DNA of 64,000 nt from positions 47,684-111,683 of the forward strand of contig JBFJCP010000011.1 of assembly GCA_041615815.1 (NCBI GenBank). Direction: 5' to 3'. The notes under the pieces were generated by a model, which saw only the letters and a list, made by a program, of their open reading frames with translations, was not told where the DNA came from and searched no databases. Of the stretch, positions 27,783-37,632 are shown piece by piece. Each line of letters opens with the position of its first letter. Within the stretch, counting starts at the first letter, position 1. Source of the DNA: Gemmatimonadales bacterium. Its GTDB lineage: Bacteria; Gemmatimonadota; Gemmatimonadetes; Gemmatimonadales; GWC2-71-9. A program made the position numbers and the translations under genes.

Positions 27783-28223
27783 GCGGCAGTAAAGCCCATT
27801 CCTGACGGGTATCACACGATTACGCCGTACCTTTTAGTGAATGAGGTCGGTGAGCTGGTCCGATTCGTGACTCGAGCCTTCGGCGCCTCCGAAACCCATC
27901 GCCTCGATCGTCCCGATGGCTCGATCATGCACGTCGAGGTACGGATCGGTGATTCGGTCGTGATGATGGGAGAGCCCATGGGCGACTTTGGTCCCATGCC
28001 GACGTCACTTTATCTCTATGTAGAGGATTGCGACAGCGTTTACGAGCGCGCGATCGGCGCGAACGGGATTTCGGTCATGGAGCCGACGAACATGTATCAC
28101 GCCGGCGAGCGTTGCGGCGGCGTTCGAGACCCGTCGGGAAACATTTGGTGGATTGCGACCCACGTCGAGGACGTGTCGCCGGAAGAACAAGCTCGACGCG
28201 CCGCGCAACTCGGGAACGAATAA
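27783..28223 (+). CDS. Second VOC family protein; the expected start codon reads GCG (possible pseudogene or non-canonical start)
   Basis: GGAGGG SD, 6 nt, then GCG-GCA-GTA-AAG-CCC-ATT ([M]AVKPIPDGYHTITPYL); intact VOC body ending DPSGNIWWIATH. Confidence 0.75.
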   Translation, partial: AAVKPIPDGYHTITPYLLVNEVGELVRFVTRAFGASETHRLDRPDGSIMHVEVRIGDSVVMMGEPMGDFGPMPTSLYLYVEDCDSVYERAIGANGISVMEPTNMYHAGERCGGVRDPSGNIWWIATHVEDVSPEEQARRAAQLGNE

Positions 28224-28243
28224 TCCTGACCAGGAAGGATATC

Positions 28244-28717
28244 GTGAGCAAACGAAAGACGTTTCGCGAGAAGCTTGCCGACAACAAGGATCTCCCGCGC
28301 GTCGAATCCATCTCTCCCGGCATGGAAAAACAGTGGGGCTCCGGAACGATCGTGATCCCAGCTCCGCGCGAGGTGGACGAGATCATGCGCAACGTTCCCA
28401 AAGGCAAGCTGATTACGATCAACCAGATTCGGGACATTGTCGCGAAACGACACGGCGCCACCATTGGATGTCCCATCACGACCGGGATCCTGCCGCGGAT
28501 TGCCGCGGGGGCGGCCGGGGAAGACGAGGCGCAAGGCAAGACATCGGTCACCCCGTATTGGCGCACCCTCAAGGCCGGGGGCGAACTGAACCCGAAATAC
28601 CCTGGCGGCCTCGGCGGTCAACGGATTCGTCTCGAGAACGAAGGTCACGAAGTCATGGCGAAGGGAAAGCGCCTGTTCGTGCGGGACTTCGAACGCTCGC
28701 TCGTGGGTTCGCCGTGA
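28244..28717 (+). CDS. MGMT/alkyltransferase-like DNA-binding protein
   Basis: VPKGKLIT helix-turn-helix region; TPYWRTL; LNPKYPGG...LENEG. Confidence 0.8.
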   Translation: MSKRKTFREKLADNKDLPRVESISPGMEKQWGSGTIVIPAPREVDEIMRNVPKGKLITINQIRDIVAKRHGATIGCPITTGILPRIAAGAAGEDEAQGKTSVTPYWRTLKAGGELNPKYPGGLGGQRIRLENEGHEVMAKGKRLFVRDFERSLVGSP

Positions 28718-28990
28718 GGCGCCGGGAAACGCGCTCGGTCTCTACCCGATAAGCGGCTTCCGGAACGACGTCGCCTTCCACCTACAGTATCTACAGCAGA
28801 GCTTTGCAAACGCTGCAATGTTCCTCCTGGGTCGGACGTCGGCATGGCACCAAGATCCGGACGGGAATACGCCCTGGGACCATCCCTTGACATGGAGACG
28901 TCACGCTCCACCATTGGCTCGGCAGTATATTCGCCGGTGTCGGGACGCCTGCGCGAAAGTCTCACATTGAATCTCAAACCAGAGGAACCA

Positions 28991-29920
28991 ATGCGAATCC
29001 CCTCGATGCTGCGTATCGTCGTCCTTGCCTTGCTCCCACTCGGCTGTGAGCAAAGTGAGCGGGGCGCCTCCTCACAGGGCGGCGAAGCCGCGCCTCCCGT
29101 CTCGTGGGGTGTTCCCCAGGACTCGACAAGCCGCGTGGCAATCGTCTCCGGTTTTGCCGGGCCGGAAGCCGTACGGTACGACCCGGACCAGGACGTCTAC
29201 TTCGTGGCCAACTTCAACGGCGGCGGTGGCGAGCGCGACAGCAATGGATTCATCAGCCGAGTTACGGCGGGCGGGGTGCTCGAATCGCTCGAGTTTGCAA
29301 GCGGAACGGCCGAACGACCGCTTCACGCGCCACGGGGCATGTTCATCGTCGCAGACACGCTGTGGGCGGCCGATGCCGACGGTGTTCACGGGTTCAACCG
29401 GCGAACGGGACAGCAGGTAGCCTTCATCGATTTTCGCACCTTCGAGCCCGGATTCCTCAACGACATCGCGCGCGGGCCGGACGGGGCATTATACGTCACG
29501 GATACCGGACGGTCGCGGATCTATCGTGCGAGAGGAAGGACCGTGACTGTTGCCATCGAAGACTCCGTCCTCGGTCCCCCCAACGGGATCACATGGGATC
29601 CGGTGGCGGAGCGGTTCCTGCTCGCACCGTGGGGTGGGAACCAGCAATTCGCCGCCTGGCAACCCGGTAGTGCCAGCGCCGAGATCTTTGCCGAGAGCCC
29701 TGGTGGACGATTCGATGGCATCGAAATCGTCGGCAACCGAGTACTGGTGGCGAGTCAAGTTGATTCCAGCTTACACGTGCTGGAAGCAGGTTTGGGACAG
29801 CCGTACATTCGAGTCGCTGGTCGTCCCGCAGACATCGGGATCGATACCCGGCGGATGCGCGTTGCCGTGCCATACATCTCACTCGATCGCATCGATATTT
29901 GGCAGCTACCAACAAGGTGA
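28991..29920 (+). CDS. SMP-30/gluconolactonase-like beta-propeller lipoprotein
   Basis: Lipobox PLGC; PEAV, APRGM, FLNDI, PNGI, DGI and PADIG motifs. Confidence 0.85.
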   Translation: MRIPSMLRIVVLALLPLGCEQSERGASSQGGEAAPPVSWGVPQDSTSRVAIVSGFAGPEAVRYDPDQDVYFVANFNGGGGERDSNGFISRVTAGGVLESLEFASGTAERPLHAPRGMFIVADTLWAADADGVHGFNRRTGQQVAFIDFRTFEPGFLNDIARGPDGALYVTDTGRSRIYRARGRTVTVAIEDSVLGPPNGITWDPVAERFLLAPWGGNQQFAAWQPGSASAEIFAESPGGRFDGIEIVGNRVLVASQVDSSLHVLEAGLGQPYIRVAGRPADIGIDTRRMRVAVPYISLDRIDIWQLPTR

Positions 29921-30028
29921 TCTCAGCCCGTGCGCTGCCGATCTCGGCTCGTCCGGTCGGCAGCCTTGCGAGTCGGGATCTCCACCGGGTGGCTCCTATG
30001 ATACACGTTCCGAGGTCTCGAGACATTT

Positions 30029-30358
30029 ATGGCATATGATGAAGAACTGGCGCACCGCGTCAGGGCGCTCTTGAAGGACGAGAACGCCGTCACGGAGCGC
30101 CGGATGTTCGGTGGCCTCGCGTTTCTCGTTCGAGGAAACATGTCCTGTGGCATCGTGCGCAATGAGCTCATGGTGCGCGTCGGTCCTGAAGACTATGACG
30201 CCGCCTTGCAGGATCAGAGCGCTCGTCCCATGGATTTCACGGGCAAGCCTATGCGTGGCTTCGTGTACGTCCGCTCGGCCGGTATTGCTTCCGACGCGGA
30301 CCTGCAACGCTGGGTGCACCGCGGATTCCAGTACGCGGCATCCCTGCTCGCCAAGTGA
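30029..30358 (+). CDS. TfoX/Sxy N-terminal domain protein
   Basis: MAYDEELA.RVR; RMFGGLAFL; PMDFTGKPMRGFVYV. Confidence 0.9.
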   Translation: MAYDEELAHRVRALLKDENAVTERRMFGGLAFLVRGNMSCGIVRNELMVRVGPEDYDAALQDQSARPMDFTGKPMRGFVYVRSAGIASDADLQRWVHRGFQYAASLLAK

Positions 30359-31059
30359 AGGACCCTACCGCCTTCGATTTCGATGGAGACTACGGCGCGG
30401 GTTACGAAGACCTCGCCCGAACGGTCATACCCGGATACGATCAGGTTTTCCAAAGCGTGCTTGCAATCTTTCGGCGCCAGCTCGAGCCCCTGGCACAGAT
30501 TCTGATCGCTGGCTGCGGGACCGGAAGAGAACTCGCCACGCTGGGACCGGCACATTCCGGATGGAGGTTCGTGGCGGTCGATCCATCCATCGAGATGGTG
30601 AGAGTCACGGCCGATCTCGTACAAAGACAGCAACTGCAAACCCGCGTTCGCCTGCACCACGGGTATGTCCACGACCTTCCCCCTAATGACAGGTATGACG
30701 CGGCGACGATCATCAACGTGCTGCACTTCCTCCAGGACGATGGGGAAAAGCAAGCGTTGGTGAATAGCGTCTCTACCCGACTTCGTATAGGCGCACCGCT
30801 CGTCCTCTTCGATCTCCACGGGGATCCCATGAGCGTGGAGTTTCGAACGCTTCGCGACGCCTGGTACGAGTTCATCGAGCTTCGCGGTCTCACTGCCGAC
30901 AGCAAAGCCCGGTTCATCGATCGACTCGACCGCGGAATTGCCTACGTGCCCGAGACGAGGATTCTGGACATCTGTCGCGACGCGGGGCTGGAGTTGCGAG
31001 CGCGGTTCTACGGGGGATTTCTGTATGGCGGCTGGCTCCTTGCGCGCGGTGCCACGTAG
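30355..31059 (+). CDS. Class I SAM-dependent methyltransferase
   Basis: IPGY, ILIAGCGTG, VDPSIEM and YDAA...VLHF motifs. Confidence 0.9.
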   Translation: MKDPTAFDFDGDYGAGYEDLARTVIPGYDQVFQSVLAIFRRQLEPLAQILIAGCGTGRELATLGPAHSGWRFVAVDPSIEMVRVTADLVQRQQLQTRVRLHHGYVHDLPPNDRYDAATIINVLHFLQDDGEKQALVNSVSTRLRIGAPLVLFDLHGDPMSVEFRTLRDAWYEFIELRGLTADSKARFIDRLDRGIAYVPETRILDICRDAGLELRARFYGGFLYGGWLLARGAT

Positions 31060-31191
31060 ACCTAAGGCGCGCCATCCGAAATGGCCTAGCGACCGGCTCG
31101 GCTGGCGGTGCTTCCGTGAGACAGATAGCTTCTCTCGCGCCGAGCTCGTGACGCGTATGTCATAGGCAAGAGACCGCACGCGGAGAGAGGG

Positions 31192-31461
31192 GTGAAGCGA
31201 CTCAAGGGTGTGACGCTGACCTTACTGATCCTCGGGGTGATCCTATTTCCCCTGGGGATCTACTTGTTTACGGCGGGTGCGCCGGTTCGGGCCGTAGCGA
31301 CGCTTCTCATCGGCCTGGGGCTATTGCTCATCGGAATGGCATATGGACGCAGGCATCCGACGACGCAAGTGCCGGACAAACGCGCACAACTCATCGGTAG
31401 CGTGGCACTCCTCGTGGGCGCCATCCTCCAGTTGGCGGCAGCATTCGGGCTCTTTGAATAG
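31192..31461 (+). CDS. Small hypothetical membrane protein
   Basis: Three hydrophobic helices; purine-rich SD. Confidence 0.65.
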   Translation: MKRLKGVTLTLLILGVILFPLGIYLFTAGAPVRAVATLLIGLGLLLIGMAYGRRHPTTQVPDKRAQLIGSVALLVGAILQLAAAFGLFE

Positions 31462-31480
31462 GTTCTAGAGGGCAGACCGG

Positions 31481-32968
31481 TCAGGAGCGCTGCAGAGCCT
31501 CCCGGCCGGCGTGTGTTCCGGCGATCCGACCAAAGACGGCTCCGGACATCAGACCACTCCCCCCGGGGTAGTTCTCATAAAACAAACCGCCCACCAACTC
31601 GCCGGCGGCGTAGAGGCCGGGAATCGGCATGTCCGTTCGGTCCAGCACACGGGCGGACGTGTCGATGCGAAGGCCTCCGTAGGTAAACGTGATCCCGCAC
31701 TTCACCGGGAATGCGACAAACGGCGGCCGTTCCAATCGCAACGCCCAATTCGATTTTTGGGGATCGATACCGCGGGTCTGTTTGCCATCCCGTACGTGCG
31801 GATCGAACGGTCCGTCTTGCACGGCCGTATTGTAGGTCGTGACCGTCTCGAGAAACGCAGTTCGATCGATTTCGATTTGCGCCGCAAGATTCTCGATCAT
31901 GTCGGCTTCGAATCGCGTGCACTCCTCGTGAAAGTACTCGGACCTGAGCAGGTGCCGAACCTGCCCGTCGAAGACCTGGAAGGCGACGCCCCCCGGCTGT
32001 CGCAGAATCTCTCGCCCGTAACGCGCATAGGTGTAGTTTCGAAAATCCGCCCCTTCGTCAACGAATCGGTGGCCGTCTCGGTTGACGATAATGCCAAACG
32101 GATAAGAGTGTTTCTTGAAGACGTCGCCCGGCTTCGTGAAGTCCCCCACCGGTGGCGCGTTCACGTCCGTCGCCACCGCATGACATCCTCGCCAGTCTCC
32201 ACAGGGTTGAGCGCCCACGGCGAACGCCATACGAAGCCCGGCGCCCTGGTTGAACGGACTGCCGCGAACGATTGCTCCGCGCCACCCGGACCCCAAATGG
32301 CGCTCGCGTTGGTCTGGGTTCGCTTCAAAGCCGCCGCACGCCAGGACAACACAGCGGGCGCCGACCGTCACCGGTCCCCGGGGCGGCCCCACGTGGACCC
32401 CGGTGACCTTCCCGTCGAACATCTCGAGGCCTACCGCCGGGGCCGTGTCCCAGACCTCGATGCCAAGTGACTCCACTCGAGACAGGAGCGCGCCGATCAG
32501 CCCCGTGCCCCTCCCTGCCGTTCTGAGCATCAAGCCACCCCAGAAGCGATGCTTGCCCGCGATCTCGAATGCCTGATTGTCGAGTATCAACTCGAATCGG
32601 ACTCCCTGCTCGGACAGCCACCGGATGGTTGGGTACGAGCGGTTTGCCAAGAGTCGCGCGAGACGGCGATCGGTTTTTCCGTCAGAGACCCGGACGAGAT
32701 CGTTTTCATACTGTTCCGCCGTGTACGGAGCCGCGTCCACTCTCCCAGCCAATTCACTCGTCAATGCGGGAACGAGCTGCTCAAGATCTGCGAGATGGCG
32801 GAAGGCTACGCGAACGGCACCATCCGTAAAGTAGGAATTGCCACCCAATTGGTTTCTGGGTGCGGCCTCGAGCACGAGCACGCTGGCTCCTTGTTCACGA
32901 GCCGACAGCGCAGTGCACAACGCCGCATTGCCGGCACCAACAACGATTACGTCCAGGCCCCGCTTCAT
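31481..32968 (-). CDS. tcuA: FAD-dependent tricarballylate dehydrogenase TcuA-like flavoprotein
   Basis: VVGAGNAALC, GGNSYFT, GGFEAN, RFVDEG, GITFTYGGL and GLFYENYPGGSGLMSGAVFGR motifs. Confidence 0.82.
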   Translation of the reverse strand: MKRGLDVIVVGAGNAALCTALSAREQGASVLVLEAAPRNQLGGNSYFTDGAVRVAFRHLADLEQLVPALTSELAGRVDAAPYTAEQYENDLVRVSDGKTDRRLARLLANRSYPTIRWLSEQGVRFELILDNQAFEIAGKHRFWGGLMLRTAGRGTGLIGALLSRVESLGIEVWDTAPAVGLEMFDGKVTGVHVGPPRGPVTVGARCVVLACGGFEANPDQRERHLGSGWRGAIVRGSPFNQGAGLRMAFAVGAQPCGDWRGCHAVATDVNAPPVGDFTKPGDVFKKHSYPFGIIVNRDGHRFVDEGADFRNYTYARYGREILRQPGGVAFQVFDGQVRHLLRSEYFHEECTRFEADMIENLAAQIEIDRTAFLETVTTYNTAVQDGPFDPHVRDGKQTRGIDPQKSNWALRLERPPFVAFPVKCGITFTYGGLRIDTSARVLDRTDMPIPGLYAAGELVGGLFYENYPGGSGLMSGAVFGRIAGTHAGREALQRS

Positions 32969-33014
32969 GCCACACGACCTCGACGCGAAAGGATGAAGAG
33001 CATCGGCGTTTCGA

Positions 33015-33518
33015 TCAGAGAAGGCCAAGCAGCTGAAATGGGGCAATCGCGCTGGCCGGCCACCTGAGTCCCAGAACGTTCCCCAAGACCACCAATAGGA
33101 TGATTATCCCCGCACCGGCAAGAACGGCGGTGTGCCATCGCACTCGACCTTCCCGAGACAGAAATACCCCGACGAACAAACCGCTTGCCACCACGAGACC
33201 CGCAACCCAGACCGCGACCAGATAACCCCCGATCCAGATCAGGAACGGCAGCACTCGAGGGAACTGTTCGCCTATCGTGGCTGGCCGCATCACCTCTCGG
33301 TCTCCGGGCAACGATGGTTGGACCGGCCCGCTCCGAGCCCTCGAATGAAAAGCCAACAGCTCCCAGGCAGTAATCAGCACCCCCACCACGCCGACGACCA
33401 GCGGATAGGTCCGCGCTCGTGGTGGGAACCCCAAAGAGGCCACCGCCGCTCCCCCGAACACGAGCAAGAGAATACCCAATGCGACGATCTGCTCGCGGTC
33501 TGCGGGCGACAGCCTCAT
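33015..33518 (-). CDS. tctB: Tripartite tricarboxylate transporter small membrane subunit (TctB-like)
   Basis: 4-5 TM helices; coupled to the tctA stop; ARTYP and LRWP motifs. Confidence 0.75.
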   Translation of the reverse strand: MRLSPADREQIVALGILLLVFGGAAVASLGFPPRARTYPLVVGVVGVLITAWELLAFHSRARSGPVQPSLPGDREVMRPATIGEQFPRVLPFLIWIGGYLVAVWVAGLVVASGLFVGVFLSREGRVRWHTAVLAGAGIIILLVVLGNVLGLRWPASAIAPFQLLGLL

Positions 33519-34987
33519 GAAGACACCCTGCCTCGGTTCAATCGGATGCCAGTGACGGTCAGCGCCGCCGTTACGATGCCGATTCCAACGACCGCTGGGT
33601 GGAGCAGCCACTCCCATCCGTACCGAGTCGTCGAGATCCACAAGGTCCGCTCGACCGTCATGGCCAACACGAATCCGATCAGCAACGGGGGTAGCGGAAA
33701 TTCCAGACGCCGTAGTGCCCACCCAGCGAGCCCGATCACGACGAACGCGACGAGGTCCCCCCAGCTGCGGGTGCTTTGATAGGCACCCGTGAGCATGATC
33801 ACGAGTAGAAATGGCGCCAAGCGAGCAGCGCGGACTCGGGCAAGCTTCGCAACGGCGCCCGACATGGCCATGCACGCCGTAGCGCCAAGCACATTGGCCA
33901 GCGCCAGTGTCCAGACGATGAGCAAGGTGACGTTGAGGTCGCTTCGCAACATACGCGGACCCGGTTGCAAGCCCAGTAATACAAACCCACCGAGGAGCAC
34001 CGCCGTCGTTCCACTCCCCGGGATACCGAACAGCAGGGTGGGAATGAGTGCGCCTCCCTCTTTGGCGTTGTTGGAGCTCTCGGGCGCAATGACTCCGCGG
34101 ATGTCGCCTTGTCCGAACTCGCTCCCACGTACGGTCTGCGCGGCGACCCCATAACTGATCCAGTCGACAACACTCCCGCCGAGGCCGGGGATGAATCCAA
34201 CGACTACGCCCAGAATCGCGGAGCGTAGGACCAGCAACTTTTCTCGAATGACATCACGCACGCCCATGAGCCACCCACCGCCGATGCGTTGGATCTGCGA
34301 ACCGGCGATGCTGGTTCCGGATGCGAGAAGATCCAATAGCTCGGGGAGGGCGAACAGGCCTAGCGCGAGGACCGCCAGCGAGACGCCGTCCCACAGATAC
34401 ATCTGACCGAAGGTGAATCGATAAAACGGTGTCGTCGGTGCAGCGCCAACGGCTCCCAGCAGAAGTCCCAGCGTGGCCATCACCATGCCACGGAGGGGCC
34501 GTTTGGCCGCAAGGATCCCGACCATGGATAAGCCGAGCACCGCGAGCATTAGAAGCTCGGGCGACCGGAAGGCGAGCACAATGGGGCGCGCGACCGGTAG
34601 GATGAGGAAAAGCGTTATGGCACCGACCAAGCCACCGATCATCGAGGCAAAGAATGCGGCGCCGAGCGCGCGTGCCGCTTCGCCGCGGCGCGCGAGCGGA
34701 TACCCGTCCATGATCGTCGCCTGTGACCCGGACGACCCGGGCACACCCAGCAAGACAGAGGGAAAGGTGTCGGCGGTGTGCACGACGGCCGCCATGCCAA
34801 TGAGCAGCGCGATGGCCGGTCCGGTCTCCATGCCGAACACGAACGGCAACAGAAGTGACAGGCCAACAGTTCCCCCGAGACCCGGAAGGATTCCCACGAG
34901 GATACCGACCGAAACCCCGAGTACCATAAAACCAAGACTCGTGGGCTGCAGTAATGCTACGAGCGTCTCGAGTGCGAGCTGCAACAT
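33515..34987 (-). CDS. tctA: Tripartite tricarboxylate transporter permease (TctA family)
   Basis: GILPGLG, DGYPLA, APESSNNA and IPTLLFGIPGS motifs. Confidence 0.93.
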   Translation of the reverse strand: MLQLALETLVALLQPTSLGFMVLGVSVGILVGILPGLGGTVGLSLLLPFVFGMETGPAIALLIGMAAVVHTADTFPSVLLGVPGSSGSQATIMDGYPLARRGEAARALGAAFFASMIGGLVGAITLFLILPVARPIVLAFRSPELLMLAVLGLSMVGILAAKRPLRGMVMATLGLLLGAVGAAPTTPFYRFTFGQMYLWDGVSLAVLALGLFALPELLDLLASGTSIAGSQIQRIGGGWLMGVRDVIREKLLVLRSAILGVVVGFIPGLGGSVVDWISYGVAAQTVRGSEFGQGDIRGVIAPESSNNAKEGGALIPTLLFGIPGSGTTAVLLGGFVLLGLQPGPRMLRSDLNVTLLIVWTLALANVLGATACMAMSGAVAKLARVRAARLAPFLLVIMLTGAYQSTRSWGDLVAFVVIGLAGWALRRLEFPLPPLLIGFVLAMTVERTLWISTTRYGWEWLLHPAVVGIGIVTAALTVTGIRLNRGRVSS

Positions 34988-34991
34988 CGCC

Positions 34992-36050
34992 TCAAAACCT
35001 CACGTCGTGTTTCTCACGTAAAAACGTCATGAGCCACTCACGCGCAGTCGGGGATAGCTGCGATGTGACGGAAAAGATGGCTTCGACGTCACTGCCCGCG
35101 TAGAACTCGTAGCCGCCGAGGAGCCTGGTGGCGAGCTGCTGAAACGAAGGATCGGCTATCGTTGCGCGAGCCGTCGCGATGAGGGCATCGATACGCTCTG
35201 GTGGCGCATCGTCATGGGTCCAGAGATTCTTCTGCGCAGTAAATCCGGCAACCAGCGCAGCTCGATATGCATCCCACGCAGCGCCCGCAGGCGCTCGGCC
35301 GCGGCAGAGCTCATAGGCTTCCGCCATGCTCGGGAGTTTGTTGAAAACGGGATCGCGGACGACTCGCCCCTGGGCATCGAGCATGCCGAATGAAAAGAGA
35401 GGAATCGCCGAACCCTCGTCCACAAGCGGCTGGACATTGGACAAGTAGGCGGGGGATGTCTGATAGTCGAGGTTCGTCTCGCGTTGCTCGAAGGCCACTC
35501 GCGCCGCGCCTTTGCCCTCATAGCCGAGGATGGTAAGGACGTCGAGCCCCAGAAACTCGAACGCGATTAGTGGTACCATGTCCAGGCCAGTCGGCGAGAT
35601 CCCTCCATAGATCAACCGCTGATTCGTGCCACAGAGATCGTTTACGTTCGCGATGCCAAGCTCCGAGGAGACATAGACCACGCCACCGACGGGTGAGCCC
35701 ATGATCCCTCGCATCTCCTTGAAGTCGTACTGGACGGCACGGAGGCCAAGCAGCGCTGGGAAAACGTTCGAACCGCTGGAGATAAAGAGACTGCGCCCAT
35801 CGTGAGGGCGGCGCACGGCGAACTCGTTTCCTCCCTGGACCCCGGAGGCTCCTGGGATGTTGAACACCTGAATACGCACGGGCTCGGAGAAATGTCTTTG
35901 AAAGAACGGTGCGACGGCACGAGCCCATTGATCCGACCCACCACCTTCACGGAACGGAACGATGAACTCGACGGTGGGGAGGCGGTCGCCAACGCAACCC
36001 CACACGATCAACACAACCAAGAGCGCCAAGCGCGGACCGACGCGTGCCAA
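34992..36050 (-). CDS. tctC: Tripartite tricarboxylate transporter substrate-binding protein (TctC/Bug), lipoprotein-type
   Basis: IVPFREGGGSD..AR; NIPGASG; DG; GYEG...R.AFE. Confidence 0.88.
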   Translation of the reverse strand: MARVGPRLALLVVLIVWGCVGDRLPTVEFIVPFREGGGSDQWARAVAPFFQRHFSEPVRIQVFNIPGASGVQGGNEFAVRRPHDGRSLFISSGSNVFPALLGLRAVQYDFKEMRGIMGSPVGGVVYVSSELGIANVNDLCGTNQRLIYGGISPTGLDMVPLIAFEFLGLDVLTILGYEGKGAARVAFEQRETNLDYQTSPAYLSNVQPLVDEGSAIPLFSFGMLDAQGRVVRDPVFNKLPSMAEAYELCRGRAPAGAAWDAYRAALVAGFTAQKNLWTHDDAPPERIDALIATARATIADPSFQQLATRLLGGYEFYAGSDVEAIFSVTSQLSPTAREWLMTFLREKHDVRF

Positions 36051-36179
36051 TTCTTCTCCTGCAAATGGAGGATCAGGGGGGCGGGCGATAGTAGAGGGAT
36101 ACCCGACCCTCCGTCAAGCTACACATTCCCTTCTCACGCACGACTCCACATCATTCACCGCGGAGCAGGGACGCGAACG

Positions 36180-36656
36180 ATGACTCCGGATTTAGCGGCG
36201 TGGCCGCCCTCACGTGAGGGCATCGAACAGGCACTGCTGGCGCTCAACCGGTTGCGGATGGCGGAGCCGCTTGTTGCTCGCTCGCTGGATCACGCCTTGG
36301 AGCCCTTGTTCCGGGCCTCCACGCATCTCATCGTCTACGGCAGTCTCGCACCAGGGCGGCCGAATCACGGTCAGCTGAGCGCCCTCCAGGGCCATTGGAC
36401 GGCAGGGTGGGTGACGGGCGCCCTGATGCAACACGGGTGGGGCGCGGCACGTGGCTACCCGGCCCTCCGGTGGTCGCCGGGCGGCGATCGCGTCCCAGCC
36501 AGTCTCTTCGTCTCGCTCGACCTCCCGCATGCGTGGCCGCGGCTGGACGAGTTCGAGGGTAGCGACTACCGGCGTATCCTCGTTCCCTTCTTTCGTGGTG
36601 AGCGGCTTGTCGCCGTGGGGAATCTCTATGCCGCCGCCGAGCTGGGTAGCCGATGA
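36180..36656 (+). CDS. Gamma-glutamylcyclotransferase (AIG2-like) family protein
   Basis: VYGSLAPGRPNH; GWGAARGYPAL; LDEFEGSDYRR. Confidence 0.88.
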   Translation: MTPDLAAWPPSREGIEQALLALNRLRMAEPLVARSLDHALEPLFRASTHLIVYGSLAPGRPNHGQLSALQGHWTAGWVTGALMQHGWGAARGYPALRWSPGGDRVPASLFVSLDLPHAWPRLDEFEGSDYRRILVPFFRGERLVAVGNLYAAAELGSR

Positions 36657-36732
36657 CGAGCGGTCTGTGAATCCCGAACGGCGGGACATATTGATTACGT
36701 TATCGGTAGGCTCCTGGAGAAAGGACTGCGGC

Positions 36733-37053
36733 ATGCCGTTTACCGAGCTCGACAATCTGCCAGAGAAGGAGCCCGTTCGCGGATACCACGGGCGTTTCAT
36801 CCATACCGACTCCATGACGCTGGCCTATTGGCGTATCGACGCCGAGGCGGAGATTCCCGAGCATTCGCACCCTCAGGAGCAGGTGGCGTCGGTGATCGAA
36901 GGGCAATTCGAGTTGGTCCTGGATGGCGCGTCTCGCATCATGGGGCCAGGCTCCATCGCTGTCATTCCTTCCAACGCCCCACATTCGGGTAGGGCGGTGA
37001 CGAATTGCCGCATCATCGACGTGTGGCACCCTGCCCGTGACGACTATCGCTGA
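36733..37053 (+). CDS. Cupin domain protein
   Basis: PEHSHPQEQ; IPSNAPHSG; DVWHPARDDY. Confidence 0.9.
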   Translation: MPFTELDNLPEKEPVRGYHGRFIHTDSMTLAYWRIDAEAEIPEHSHPQEQVASVIEGQFELVLDGASRIMGPGSIAVIPSNAPHSGRAVTNCRIIDVWHPARDDYR

Positions 37054-37062
37054 GGTGATGTC

Positions 37063-37632
37063 ATGAGCGCCCGAGCCCACTCACCCTACTGGTACAGCCT
37101 TCTTACCGCTGTTTTCTTCCTGGGCGTCCTACCGAAACCCGACGCAGCTGCGCAGGAGCCACTCGAAGCCCGCGTCGCGCGCCTGGAAGCGCGCGTTCAG
37201 GCTCTCGAGAACGCCTTGGCCCGTCTGACCGGTACGGCAGGAGCAGCCCAGCCAACGGCGGGCCAGCCGGATCGGTCTCCGATCATGGTGACGTTGACCG
37301 GCAAGGAATTCTACAGCGGGTCGCCGCAAGACCAGATCCTGCTCCGGCTCCAATTCCGAAACGGTCTGGCGAAAGCGGTTCGCGCTTTCACCGGTCACGT
37401 CGTGTTCGAAGACCTCTTTGGACGGGAAATTCTCAGAGTCTCCGTGACCGTGGAAGAGCAGGTGAACTCCGGTGGCGTCGTTGGTTGGAGCGGCGGGATC
37501 GATTATCGGTCTTCGGTTCCGGAGCACGAGCGGTTACGCACCATCGAGGCGAACGCCCTTACCACTCGGTTCATCGTCGACATGGTCGTGTATCCCGACG
37601 GGACGCGAGAACGGTTTCGGGGCCGTCAGTAG
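37063..37632 (+). CDS. Exported hypothetical protein with an N-terminal coiled coil
   Basis: Signal peptide; LEARVARLEARVQALE; beta-rich C-domain; GAGGTGA SD. Confidence 0.75.
   Translation: MSARAHSPYWYSLLTAVFFLGVLPKPDAAAQEPLEARVARLEARVQALENALARLTGTAGAAQPTAGQPDRSPIMVTLTGKEFYSGSPQDQILLRLQFRNGLAKAVRAFTGHVVFEDLFGREILRVSVTVEEQVNSGGVVGWSGGIDYRSSVPEHERLRTIEANALTTRFIVDMVVYPDGTRERFRGRQ

Noticed and set aside
22137..31461. Integron cassette array
   Set aside because: No integrase, and no recurring RYYYAAC...GTTRRRY attC structure after stop codons was visible.
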